64,000 nucleotides of DNA from Flavobacteriaceae bacterium (lineage in GTDB: Bacteria; Bacteroidota; Bacteroidia; Flavobacteriales_C; GCA-002722245). The notes below the pieces were generated by a model that was not told the origin of the DNA, searched no databases, and worked only from the letters and a program-made list of their open reading frames with translations. How positions within the stretch are numbered: position 1 is the first letter of the stretch; each line of letters starts with the position of its first letter. Shown here piece after piece: positions 44,084-52,862 of the stretch. Location of the stretch: the NCBI GenBank assembly GCA_964230605.1, contig CAXRIN010000058.1:10969-74968 (forward strand). The letters run 5' to 3'. Position numbers and translations under genes: made by a program.

Positions 44084-46846
44084 ATGGATTACAATTTTAT
44101 TGAGGTAGAGAAAAAGTGGAGAGAAAAGTGGGCTGAGGAAAAAACCTACAAAACGTTAAACGAATCGGAAAAACCAAAATGCTATGTTTTGGACATGTTT
44201 CCTTATCCTTCAGGTGCTGGTTTACACGTTGGTCATCCGCTTGGTTATATCGCTTCAGATATATATGCTCGATTTAAAAAATTGAAAGGTTTTAATGTAC
44301 TTCACCCAATGGGTTATGATGCTTTTGGATTACCAGCAGAACAATATGCTATCCAAACTGGTCAACACCCTAAAATCACAACGGACGCTAACTTGGCCCG
44401 CTATCGTGAACAATTGGATAAAATTGGTTTCTCATTCGATTGGGATAGAGAAATTAGAACCTGTGAGCCAGAATATTACAAATGGACTCAATGGATTTTC
44501 GCTCAGTTATTCAAATCTTGGTACAATAATCAAAGTCAAAAAGCTGAAAGTATTGACAACTTGATCATGATTTTCGAAAATGGAGGAAATGCAAGTATTG
44601 ATGCTGCTTGTGCGGAAACGCCAATTTTTACAGCTCAAGAATGGGCTTCAAAATCCGAAAAAGAACAATCGGATATTCTTTTAAACTACCGATTAGCCTA
44701 CTTAAGCGAATCGATGGTTAACTGGTGTCCAGCATTGGGAACTGTATTAGCAAATGATGAAGTTATAAATGGCTTATCGGAAAGAGGTGGTCACCCAGTT
44801 GAAAGAAAATTGATGCTTCAGTGGAGTTTAAGAATCTCTGCATACGCGGAGCGCCTTCTTCAAGGTTTAGAAGAAATTGATTGGACTGATTCTCTTAAAG
44901 AGATGCAAAGAAACTGGATTGGAAAGTCAACCGGAGCTAGTTTAAAATTCAAAATTCAAAATTCAAAATTAGACCTTGAGGTATTCACCACTCGTCCTGA
45001 TACGATTTTTGGTGTTTCATTTATGGTAATCGCACCAGAGCATGAATATGTTGAAAAATTAACTTCTGATGAGCAAAAAGCTGCAGTTGAGGAATACGTA
45101 ACTAGTGCCAAAAATAAAAGTGAAAGAGAGAGAATGGCCGACGTGAAAAATGTTACGGGTGTTTTCACTGGTTCATGTGCTATTCATCCATTCACAGGAA
45201 AAGAAATTCCAATTTGGATTGGTGACTACATTTTAGCTGGATATGGAACAGGTGCAGTTATGGCTGTTGCTGCACATGATTCTCGTGATTATGCTTTTGC
45301 TAAGCAATTCGATTTACCAATTCTTCCTGTTATCGAGGGTGGAAATATTGAAGAAGAAGCTTACGAAGCAAAATCTGGAATTATGATTAATTCCGACTTT
45401 TTAGATGGTTTAAAGGTTAAGCAGGCTATGAAAACTGCGATCTGGAAAATCGAATCTGAAGGATTAGGAAAAGGTAAAACAAACTACCGATTAAGAGACG
45501 CTATTTTTGGTAGACAAAGATATTGGGGTGAACCAATCCCAATGTATTTCGAAAACGGAATTCCAAAACTATTGGATGAATCGAAATACCCACTTACACT
45601 TCCTGAAGTTGATGAATATTTACCAACTGAAGATGGTGACCCGCCATTGGGAAGAGCTAAAAATTGGAAGCCGGAAAATGGTGACCATTACGAATTAAGT
45701 ACAATGCCTGGTTGGGCTGGTTCATCGTGGTACTATTTAAGATATATGGATCCTCAAAATGATGGGACTTTTGCATCTAGAGAAGCGACAGATTACTGGA
45801 ATCAAGTTGACTTATATATTGGAGGAACGGAGCATGCTACTGGTCACTTATTGTATTCTAGATTTTGGTGTAAAGTATTGTTCGATTTAGGTTATATCGG
45901 ATTTGAAGAGCCATTCAAGAAGTTAATTAATCAAGGAATGATTTTAGGGACTTCTAACTTTGCTTACAGGATAAATGGAACTAACAAATTCGTTTCAAAA
46001 GGATTAAAAGATCAATACGATACAACTCCTGTTCACGTTGACGTAAACATTGTTAAAAATGACGAATTAGATATTGAAGCTTTTAAAGCCTGGAGAGCTG
46101 ATTTTGCTAATGCGGAATTTGAATTAGAAGACGGAAAATATATCTGTGGTGAAGAAGTTGAAAAAATGTCTAAATCTAAATTCAATGTCGTTAACCCAGA
46201 CGATATTGTATTAGAGCATGGTGCTGATGTATTAAGACTATATGAAATGTTCCTTGGACCGCTTGAACAAGCAAAACCTTGGAGTACAAAAGGGATTGAT
46301 GGAGTTAGCAGATTTATAAGAAAGTTCTGGAACTTATATCATGACGCTGACGGAAACTTCTCAGTTTCAGAAGGAGAAGGTTCAAAAGAAGAGATGAAAG
46401 TTCTTCACACGCTAATAAAAAAGGTTCAGGAGGATATTGAGAACTTCTCATTCAACACATCTGTTTCGGCATTCATGGTTTGTGTAAATGAATTACAGAA
46501 ATTAAAATGCAATAAAAAAGTAGTATTGCGTGAATTAGCCATTGTTGTTTCACCATACGCGCCTTTCATTGCAGAAGAATTATGGAGTAAATTAGATGAA
46601 GAAGGAAGTGTAACAAACGCTTCATTCCCAGAATTCAATCCTTCGTTTTTAGTTGAAAGCTCACACACTTATCCAATTTCATTTAATGGGAAAATGAGAT
46701 TTAAATTGGAATTTCCATTAGATATGGATAAGGCTGAAATAGAGAAAGAAGTTTTAGCCCATGAGGATTCACAAAAATGGTTAGAAGGTAAAGCGCCGAA
46801 AAAAATCATTGTTGTTCCTAAAAAGATTGTAAACATAGTTTTGTAA
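44084..46846 (+). CDS. leuS: Leucine--tRNA ligase
   Basis: [16 protein letters not shown] (HIGH motif) and [10 protein letters not shown] (KMSKS motif), 920 aa, with a CP1 editing domain insert. Confidence 0.97.
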   Translation: MDYNFIEVEKKWREKWAEEKTYKTLNESEKPKCYVLDMFPYPSGAGLHVGHPLGYIASDIYARFKKLKGFNVLHPMGYDAFGLPAEQYAIQTGQHPKITTDANLARYREQLDKIGFSFDWDREIRTCEPEYYKWTQWIFAQLFKSWYNNQSQKAESIDNLIMIFENGGNASIDAACAETPIFTAQEWASKSEKEQSDILLNYRLAYLSESMVNWCPALGTVLANDEVINGLSERGGHPVERKLMLQWSLRISAYAERLLQGLEEIDWTDSLKEMQRNWIGKSTGASLKFKIQNSKLDLEVFTTRPDTIFGVSFMVIAPEHEYVEKLTSDEQKAAVEEYVTSAKNKSERERMADVKNVTGVFTGSCAIHPFTGKEIPIWIGDYILAGYGTGAVMAVAAHDSRDYAFAKQFDLPILPVIEGGNIEEEAYEAKSGIMINSDFLDGLKVKQAMKTAIWKIESEGLGKGKTNYRLRDAIFGRQRYWGEPIPMYFENGIPKLLDESKYPLTLPEVDEYLPTEDGDPPLGRAKNWKPENGDHYELSTMPGWAGSSWYYLRYMDPQNDGTFASREATDYWNQVDLYIGGTEHATGHLLYSRFWCKVLFDLGYIGFEEPFKKLINQGMILGTSNFAYRINGTNKFVSKGLKDQYDTTPVHVDVNIVKNDELDIEAFKAWRADFANAEFELEDGKYICGEEVEKMSKSKFNVVNPDDIVLEHGADVLRLYEMFLGPLEQAKPWSTKGIDGVSRFIRKFWNLYHDADGNFSVSEGEGSKEEMKVLHTLIKKVQEDIENFSFNTSVSAFMVCVNELQKLKCNKKVVLRELAIVVSPYAPFIAEELWSKLDEEGSVTNASFPEFNPSFLVESSHTYPISFNGKMRFKLEFPLDMDKAEIEKEVLAHEDSQKWLEGKAPKKIIVVPKKIVNIVL
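44944..44970 (+). repeat. Tandem heptanucleotide repeat (AAAATTC) x3 plus a partial copy, inside leuS
   Basis: Direct reading gives aaaattc aaaattc aaaattc aaaatt, encoding KFKIQNSKL. Confidence 0.9.
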
Positions 46847-46858
46847 TCAGGATTAAAT

Positions 46859-46954
46859 ATGAGATCGCCGCGTCATCCTTCCTCGCGATGACGAACTCTA
46901 AGTAAGAATAAAAATCACACGTCATTGCGAGGAGGCACGACGTAGTAATCTCAT
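46859..46954. repeat. REP-like imperfect inverted repeat (two inverted copies of a CGTCAT(T/C)GCGAGGA-type unit), probable leuS terminator
   Basis: Arms at 46859-46893 and 46920-46954 pair at about three quarters of positions (ATGAGAT...CCTCGCGATGACG versus CGTCATTGCGAGG...ATCTCAT). The left arm also contains its own CGTCAT/ATGACG hairpin. The element starts 13 nt after the leuS stop. Confidence 0.6.
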
Positions 46955-47050
46955 TTCTTTTGAAGAGAGTAATTCAAATATCTACAATTCTATTTGTTCT
47001 TTTCTACTTTCTTGAGATTCAATCCAACAAAGCATTTCTTCTGCGATTTA

Positions 47051-47560
47051 ATGCAGACGCAAATTGTATGTGAACCGATAGACAATGACGGAGCAATCTT
47101 CGCTTTAATAGCTTTGATTAATATTTCAATTGTAATAAACTCATTTTTCATTTGGTTTGCTAACCAAACAAATTGGTCAAAACCTAAAAAATTACTTGTC
47201 AAAATAACCAGCGCTATTGCAGCGATTTTCACCCTATTTATTTTTACTGATTTACATGATGAATTTATCTTGACTGCATCTATTATCGGAATTATTCCAA
47301 TAAGTTTTACGGCTATTGAAACCTTAAAAAATTGGAGTATTTTCAAACCAATTCTGGGATTGATCTCCTTTTCAATTTTAACTTTTTACAATACCATTTT
47401 TTACCTCAACATTTGGGAAGTTTCATGGCCAATTTTACAAAAAATGAGCATCCTATTGTGCTTAACTTGGGTTAACTTGATCATTCGGGATTCAAAAAAA
47501 CTTCATAAAATACAGTTACTTTTTCAGGGTTTTGGAATTACAATAAAAAAGACCTTATGA
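47051..47560 (+). CDS. Hypothetical multi-pass membrane protein
   Basis: About 5 hydrophobic helices. The stop overlaps the downstream start (ATGA at 47557-47560), which supports the plus-strand reading over the antisense ORF at 46990-47346. I prefer ATG 47051. Confidence 0.5.
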   Translation: MQTQIVCEPIDNDGAIFALIALINISIVINSFFIWFANQTNWSKPKKLLVKITSAIAAIFTLFIFTDLHDEFILTASIIGIIPISFTAIETLKNWSIFKPILGLISFSILTFYNTIFYLNIWEVSWPILQKMSILLCLTWVNLIIRDSKKLHKIQLLFQGFGITIKKTL

Positions 47561-48471
47561 AAAAGCTGTTTTTATTACTTGTAGTTTTATTCACTGTTTA
47601 CTCTTGCCAAATTCACTATTCCGTTGCGTACAATTCTTGTGATATTGTTGCTCAATCAAAGGATTTGAATGTTTGCAAGCAACTCAAAGACTCTGCAATT
47701 ATCTACGCGATTTTTGTTGATGCTAAGAACTTTCATCCGTGGACAGAATTTGCTGTAAAATCAACTTTAGATTCCTTGAAAAAGGCGACAGACTGGATAC
47801 AAAGTCAAGCGAAACTAGCTGGGAGAGATTTAAAAATTAAAACCATTCAGCACATGGATGGAAACAAAATTTCATTTCAAGAAAGAAGAACAGGAACTTA
47901 TTTTGCCCTTGAAAAAAACCTTACTTTTTCTCAAACCAAAAAAACAAATAAAAAATTCAACTCTCGACTTAATCACTGGAGTGATCAAGTGGCAAAATAT
48001 GTTGGCAAAAAAATAAAAATGAACTCTACCAACACAGGAACTCGAATGAAAATAAAAAGCATGGAAAACTTAATTCTTGCTTTGCAGGATGAATACAAAA
48101 GCGATAATATTTCGGTTATGATTTTCGTAAATGGTTTCTTTCACTCTCTTTCGTCTGCTACTTACAATTCGGGTTACAATGGATTAAAACCAGAATATAG
48201 TATTATGACGGATAAAAACCCAGCAACTTTAGCGCACGAATATCTTCATTTATATGGGGCGGTAGATTTATACCCGAATCAAAACTTTCCCAATTTTAAT
48301 TACAAAGAAATTGAGGAAATCTTCCCCAACGAAATCATGCGCATCACTCATAAAAACATCGATAAATTAATGCTTTCGCCAATCACAAAATATTACATTG
48401 GATGGCAACCTAATTTGGATAAAGCCAATACGAGATTACTTTATCATAAAGCTAGGGTTTTGGAGTATTGA
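47557..48471 (+). CDS. Lipoprotein with metzincin-like HExxHxxGxxD zinc-peptidase motif
   Basis: MKKLFLLLVVLFTVYSC signal plus lipobox. HEYLHLYGAVD is encoded at 48235-48267, and a downstream NEIMRI may be a Met-turn. Confidence 0.5.
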   Translation: MKKLFLLLVVLFTVYSCQIHYSVAYNSCDIVAQSKDLNVCKQLKDSAIIYAIFVDAKNFHPWTEFAVKSTLDSLKKATDWIQSQAKLAGRDLKIKTIQHMDGNKISFQERRTGTYFALEKNLTFSQTKKTNKKFNSRLNHWSDQVAKYVGKKIKMNSTNTGTRMKIKSMENLILALQDEYKSDNISVMIFVNGFFHSLSSATYNSGYNGLKPEYSIMTDKNPATLAHEYLHLYGAVDLYPNQNFPNFNYKEIEEIFPNEIMRITHKNIDKLMLSPITKYYIGWQPNLDKANTRLLYHKARVLEY

Positions 48472-48583
48472 TGTGTTTTATGAGAACCTTTTTATAAGAT
48501 TGCTGAGAAAAAAAACAATCTCATTTAGCTTGAAAATATTGCAACAACTTAATTGTTATCTGGAAAAAATAATTTTTGAAATT

Positions 48584-48702
48584 ATTACGTCTGTAGTGGC
48601 CTATGAGAATAGGCCATAACAAGAAACATAATACAAATCATAGCAGGGATAACTTGACGCAATGAATCAAGGCCTATTCTCATAGGCCACTACAGACGTA
48701 AT
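48584..48702. repeat. Perfect 32-bp inverted repeat with a 55-nt spacer between convergent genes
   Basis: 48584-48615 (attacgtctgtagtggcctatgagaataggcc) is the exact reverse complement of 48671-48702. Each arm also contains a GGCCTA/TAGGCC sub-hairpin. Confidence 0.9.
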
Positions 48703-48830
48703 GACTAAATTTTACAGAAAGGAAACGCTTTTTACTTAATAGAAAAATTGCTAATCATCAATCAATTAAGAAGTAAATGATCTCATTTTCAGATTCCACG
48801 GACAATGCAACAAATACCGCATGAAAAGAA

Positions 48831-50858
48831 TTACTCTTCCTCGAAAACAAGTGTGATTTTATTAAAGTCAGCAGCGGCGTTAATTACTGTTCTGAATTCT
48901 TCATAACGCTCTAAAGGAACAGAAATCTCATCGTAATATTCGTTGCAAATTACCGTAAGTAAATTACCGTCTAATTCATATTTACTAGTGAATTCCATGG
49001 TTTTTTCACCGTCTTTTGATGAAGAGAAATCCATATTTAAATCTTCTAAATTGGTGATTTTATAACCTTCTGGAAATTTTATTTTTAATGTTCTCAAATA
49101 GCCATGATTGTATGAGTTTTCTACGGGAAACTTTCGAGCAGTATCTTGATACATCTCAACTTGAGCGCCAATTACTTGCCCGAGCTTAAACAGATACTTT
49201 TTTCCAGCCTTTTCAATTAATGCACTTGATGAAACATCCCCTTCAAAAATGTATGGTTTCTCCAGCATATACCCTTTCATTTCTTCGTTAGCAGAAGTAA
49301 TATTGGTTACCTCAGCATCTTCAGCAAAAGACTTTAATCGATCCTCAAGAATCTCATTTTTCTTTTCCTCATTATCAATCATACTCATTACCGGACGCAA
49401 ATATGCCGCGCTATATCCGCTTGCTTCATGTTTTACATGAGCTTTTACTTTTTCAAAATCTTCTTCAAAATCAATGTCGGCAGTAAAATTATCATAGTTA
49501 ACCTTAGTCATTGTTCCTGGAATTTCTTTAACCTCTGGATACGCCGAACGAATTCCCCCAATTTTAACCGTCTTTAAAAACAGACCCTTTGTATAAGCAT
49601 AAGCGCTTGGAATTAGCCCAAAACGAACATAAACATCCATTGGCGACATGAATTGATCCAACTTTGGGAAATAAAACAAATAGGTTTCCAAATAATTATA
49701 TGTTTCGAAATCTTCGTCAAATTCACCATCAAAACGGCTGCACGTTAATACCACTTGATGATCAATTTCCAATTGCTCAAAAATGTGAGCATAAATTCTT
49801 ACCGCATTTTGTTTGCTGTAAACTTTTTGTTTTACTGGCTCATGAATGTAATATTTGCCTGTTTGACCAAAATCAAACTTTGATTTCAAATAATGTTCAA
49901 TGGCGATAATTTGATCTTTCTTATCTTTTATTTTATCCCATTTTTGAGATTTAATTAATCCTTTAATAGCCTTTGCTTCTTTCTTAATATCCTTTTCACT
50001 TTTTCCTCCATAAATTACCTTAGAGTACTCTGTAGCGGCCTCGCTATAGCTATAAAAATTTCTTTTATTCGCTGCTTTATTTTCAAAAAGCTTAACCTCT
50101 ATTCTTTGCTTTAACGAATTATCTTTTGAATAATCCTCTTCCTTAAACTTTTCAACCTTTGGTAATTTTAACACATAACGATTGATTTCCTTTTGAAGAG
50201 CCGAAGTATCATTAATCATTTCAGGAAGCCCATTATAGCTTTTCATTTTAAAAACTAATGCCTCAGGAGAATTAATTTCGTAGTGAAAATTTCTTTTTGG
50301 ATAATCATCCTGAACATTACAAGAAAAGTAAAATGAATAAGCTAACTCTTTAGTTGTATATGTATACTCAATTTCAGAACCTACTTCTATTCCTTCCAGC
50401 GCGAAAATTGTAAATGGGCCATAGTTTTCATAGTTCTCCACTTCTTTTTTATTGCTATCATCAAACTCAATTAGCTTACCATCTTTAGTAATTGCGCGGG
50501 CTTTTAAGTTTGTCACTTTCTTACCTCCAGCGGTGGAAATAAAGACTTTATTGAATCGTTCAACAGCTTTATCGTTATTCAAGCGAATTCTTTTGTAATG
50601 TAAATTTTCCTCAATCAATCGGTCATCCATCATTTGACCTGTAATTGGATTTACAAAAGACCCATATTCATAATTTATGACTTGAATATCAGCTAAAAAC
50701 ACCGCATTGCTTTGTTTTTCATCTTCTGTTAATTCCGTTAATGTTGGGGTTTCTTCCCAAAAATCTTCATTAAAGGGCATTGCTGTACCTTCAATTTGAG
50801 CAAAAATTGGAGCCGCCATTCCAAATAATGCAGCGAATATTATTGATTTAATCTTCAT
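48831..50858 (-). CDS. Secreted DUF3857/DUF3858-like protein with a transglutaminase-like region lacking the catalytic Cys
   Basis: Signal peptide MKIKSIIFAALFGMAAPIFAQ. Overall architecture parallels the upstream gene, but NAVRIYAHIF sits where the neighbour has GDCKDMASII (by-eye alignment). Confidence 0.5.
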   Translation of the reverse strand: MKIKSIIFAALFGMAAPIFAQIEGTAMPFNEDFWEETPTLTELTEDEKQSNAVFLADIQVINYEYGSFVNPITGQMMDDRLIEENLHYKRIRLNNDKAVERFNKVFISTAGGKKVTNLKARAITKDGKLIEFDDSNKKEVENYENYGPFTIFALEGIEVGSEIEYTYTTKELAYSFYFSCNVQDDYPKRNFHYEINSPEALVFKMKSYNGLPEMINDTSALQKEINRYVLKLPKVEKFKEEDYSKDNSLKQRIEVKLFENKAANKRNFYSYSEAATEYSKVIYGGKSEKDIKKEAKAIKGLIKSQKWDKIKDKKDQIIAIEHYLKSKFDFGQTGKYYIHEPVKQKVYSKQNAVRIYAHIFEQLEIDHQVVLTCSRFDGEFDEDFETYNYLETYLFYFPKLDQFMSPMDVYVRFGLIPSAYAYTKGLFLKTVKIGGIRSAYPEVKEIPGTMTKVNYDNFTADIDFEEDFEKVKAHVKHEASGYSAAYLRPVMSMIDNEEKKNEILEDRLKSFAEDAEVTNITSANEEMKGYMLEKPYIFEGDVSSSALIEKAGKKYLFKLGQVIGAQVEMYQDTARKFPVENSYNHGYLRTLKIKFPEGYKITNLEDLNMDFSSSKDGEKTMEFTSKYELDGNLLTVICNEYYDEISVPLERYEEFRTVINAAADFNKITLVFEEE

Positions 50859-50878
50859 AACAATTCTAAGTATTTAAC

Positions 50879-52831
50879 TTACTTCTTTTTTACAATTACA
50901 ACCTCTTTGTAAGCTTTTTTTAGTTTTTTCACCATTTTATTCCACTCTTCAAATTGAGACTCTTCAATTAAAATGGTATCAACGTAAATGGATTTATTTA
51001 AGATGATTTTATCGTTTGACTTTTCATATTTAATTGAAAATCCAAACAAGTCATTTTTAAACTCAACATCTTCGGGAACGTACTCTACCTTGGAACCCTT
51101 TGGAATTTCAAATTCAACCCTATATCGTCTATCCAGTTTGTGATTAAATTTTCTAGCTATTCCATTTCTATCCTCAATATCCAATTTACTATTCTTAAAA
51201 TCTCGGTCTAAATTCAGGTTAACATAAGTCTCTTCCTCAACCGTTTTACTATAGTCTTCAAGGTTAAATTTGTAATTAATAGTTAAGGTAGTATCTCTGT
51301 TGTGCAAACCTATAAAGCTTGATTCATCAACACGAAACTTGTTGTTACCTTTTTCTAAATAAGACTCAACATAATTTCTTCGATCTTCATCGTTACTCAT
51401 GTTAGCTAACTTGTATACATAATTAAACTTATTATAACCAGCCGCTTCAATTTTACCTGTTCCCACTAGCTTTTCACCTTCCAATCGCATTGAAACAAAA
51501 TCAACTTCTCTATTCTTTTCCTTATCAACAACTGGAATTCTGTAAACTTCATATTTGCCCTCGCCTTTTGAAATTAACGCCTGTTTTCCTTGAATAAAAT
51601 CGGTTGGATAACCATATGGCGTATATGAACCCACAGCATCTAAAATTACTACCTCATCCTTTTCGTTTCGATAAGATGCAATCATATGATTATCAACTAC
51701 AGGCGTTGCTATTTCGGTATAATCATATGGCAATTCATCACTACCTACCCAAGTAATATTTGCTTCAACTCCTGCGTATTTCATCATGTCGGTAATAATA
51801 CTCGCCATATCCTTGCAATCCCCATATCTTTTTCGGCAAACACTTGCTGCAGGTCTTGGAATAAAACCACCCATACCGTCTTCAAAAGCAACGTATTTAA
51901 TATTATCCTGAACCCAATTAAAAATAGCTCTTGCTTTTTCATCTTTACCAGGAAGATCTTCAACCAAATCTTGAGTAATAGCCTTTAAAGTGGAATCCTC
52001 TTCAGCATTAACATCTTTAATTAAAGAATAATACCAATTGTATAAACCATCCAAATTGGGCAACACAGAAACCGTATTATCTTTTAATCTTATCTCTCCA
52101 ATATAAGCAACAATATGAGGTGTATAATATCTCAAATTGGGTGCACCTGGATATGATTCATATGCATCTTGATTAGCAACTTTCCATGTTAAAGTGGTTG
52201 TATTTCCATTAACTTCTTTGGTGTGTTTTACATCAATTTTCTCTGTATTAAAAAGCTTGAATTTCACATCCACATTAGAAGGGTAAGAAATACTGTACTC
52301 TGAATTTAAAGTTGGTAAATAACTAACTAAAAAAGAGCTACCTAAAAAACGTGGGTTTTTTATTACTTCACGATATGAGAGGTTGATTTTTGTTCCAGGA
52401 TCAGAACCAGGAAACTTAAAAGATTTTTGCTTATTGTCATGATAAAAGTAACTTCCATCGTAAACATCTTCTGTTTTAAAGTCGGTTACTTTTACCTTCT
52501 TTAATTTGGATGGGTCTCCATTTTTAGGAAGGTACGCATAAGCATTAATGTCTTGAATTTCCGAAAATTTTGAATATTGAATAGATTGGTCGCCGTAGGC
52601 TCTGGCTTTATCGGTCAAATACAGAATTTCCCAATTAACGTCGTTATAGATTTCATAGGAATTACCTTTAGTTTTTATAGTAACATGCTCTTTCTCATAT
52701 AAATAAACAGCATGCTCATCTTTATATCTTTCTTTCAATTCCTCGAAACTTGGTGTTTCCTCCCCACCATAAACGCTACCAAAAATTGTAACGCAAAAAA
52801 TCGACAATAAAAATTTAAACTCTAATCTCAT
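50879..52831 (-). CDS. Secreted DUF3857 + transglutaminase-like cysteine peptidase domain protein
   Basis: Signal peptide from ATG 52831. Transglutaminase core triad candidates are YGDCKDMASI (Cys), DNHMIASY (His) and VVILDAVG (Asp). Confidence 0.65.
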   Translation of the reverse strand: MRLEFKFLLSIFCVTIFGSVYGGEETPSFEELKERYKDEHAVYLYEKEHVTIKTKGNSYEIYNDVNWEILYLTDKARAYGDQSIQYSKFSEIQDINAYAYLPKNGDPSKLKKVKVTDFKTEDVYDGSYFYHDNKQKSFKFPGSDPGTKINLSYREVIKNPRFLGSSFLVSYLPTLNSEYSISYPSNVDVKFKLFNTEKIDVKHTKEVNGNTTTLTWKVANQDAYESYPGAPNLRYYTPHIVAYIGEIRLKDNTVSVLPNLDGLYNWYYSLIKDVNAEEDSTLKAITQDLVEDLPGKDEKARAIFNWVQDNIKYVAFEDGMGGFIPRPAASVCRKRYGDCKDMASIITDMMKYAGVEANITWVGSDELPYDYTEIATPVVDNHMIASYRNEKDEVVILDAVGSYTPYGYPTDFIQGKQALISKGEGKYEVYRIPVVDKEKNREVDFVSMRLEGEKLVGTGKIEAAGYNKFNYVYKLANMSNDEDRRNYVESYLEKGNNKFRVDESSFIGLHNRDTTLTINYKFNLEDYSKTVEEETYVNLNLDRDFKNSKLDIEDRNGIARKFNHKLDRRYRVEFEIPKGSKVEYVPEDVEFKNDLFGFSIKYEKSNDKIILNKSIYVDTILIEESQFEEWNKMVKKLKKAYKEVVIVKKK

Positions 52832-52862
52832 ATTACTCACACCCAATTAAACTATATGAAGT

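Noticed and set aside
46990-47346. 118-aa minus-strand ORF antisense to the membrane protein gene
   Set aside because: The plus-strand ORF encodes regular TM helices and is translationally coupled (ATGA) to the downstream lipoprotein gene. The antisense frame is a typical shadow ORF of an AT-rich hydrophobic gene.
48398-48619. 73-aa plus-strand ORF running from the 3' end of the lipoprotein gene into the inverted repeat
   Set aside because: It overlaps a well-supported gene in another frame and ends inside the left arm of the perfect inverted repeat, so it is most likely spurious.
48584-48702. Possible CRISPR or repeat array
   Set aside because: There are only two copies and they are inverted, not direct. 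There is no regular spacer periodicity and no cas genes in the window.
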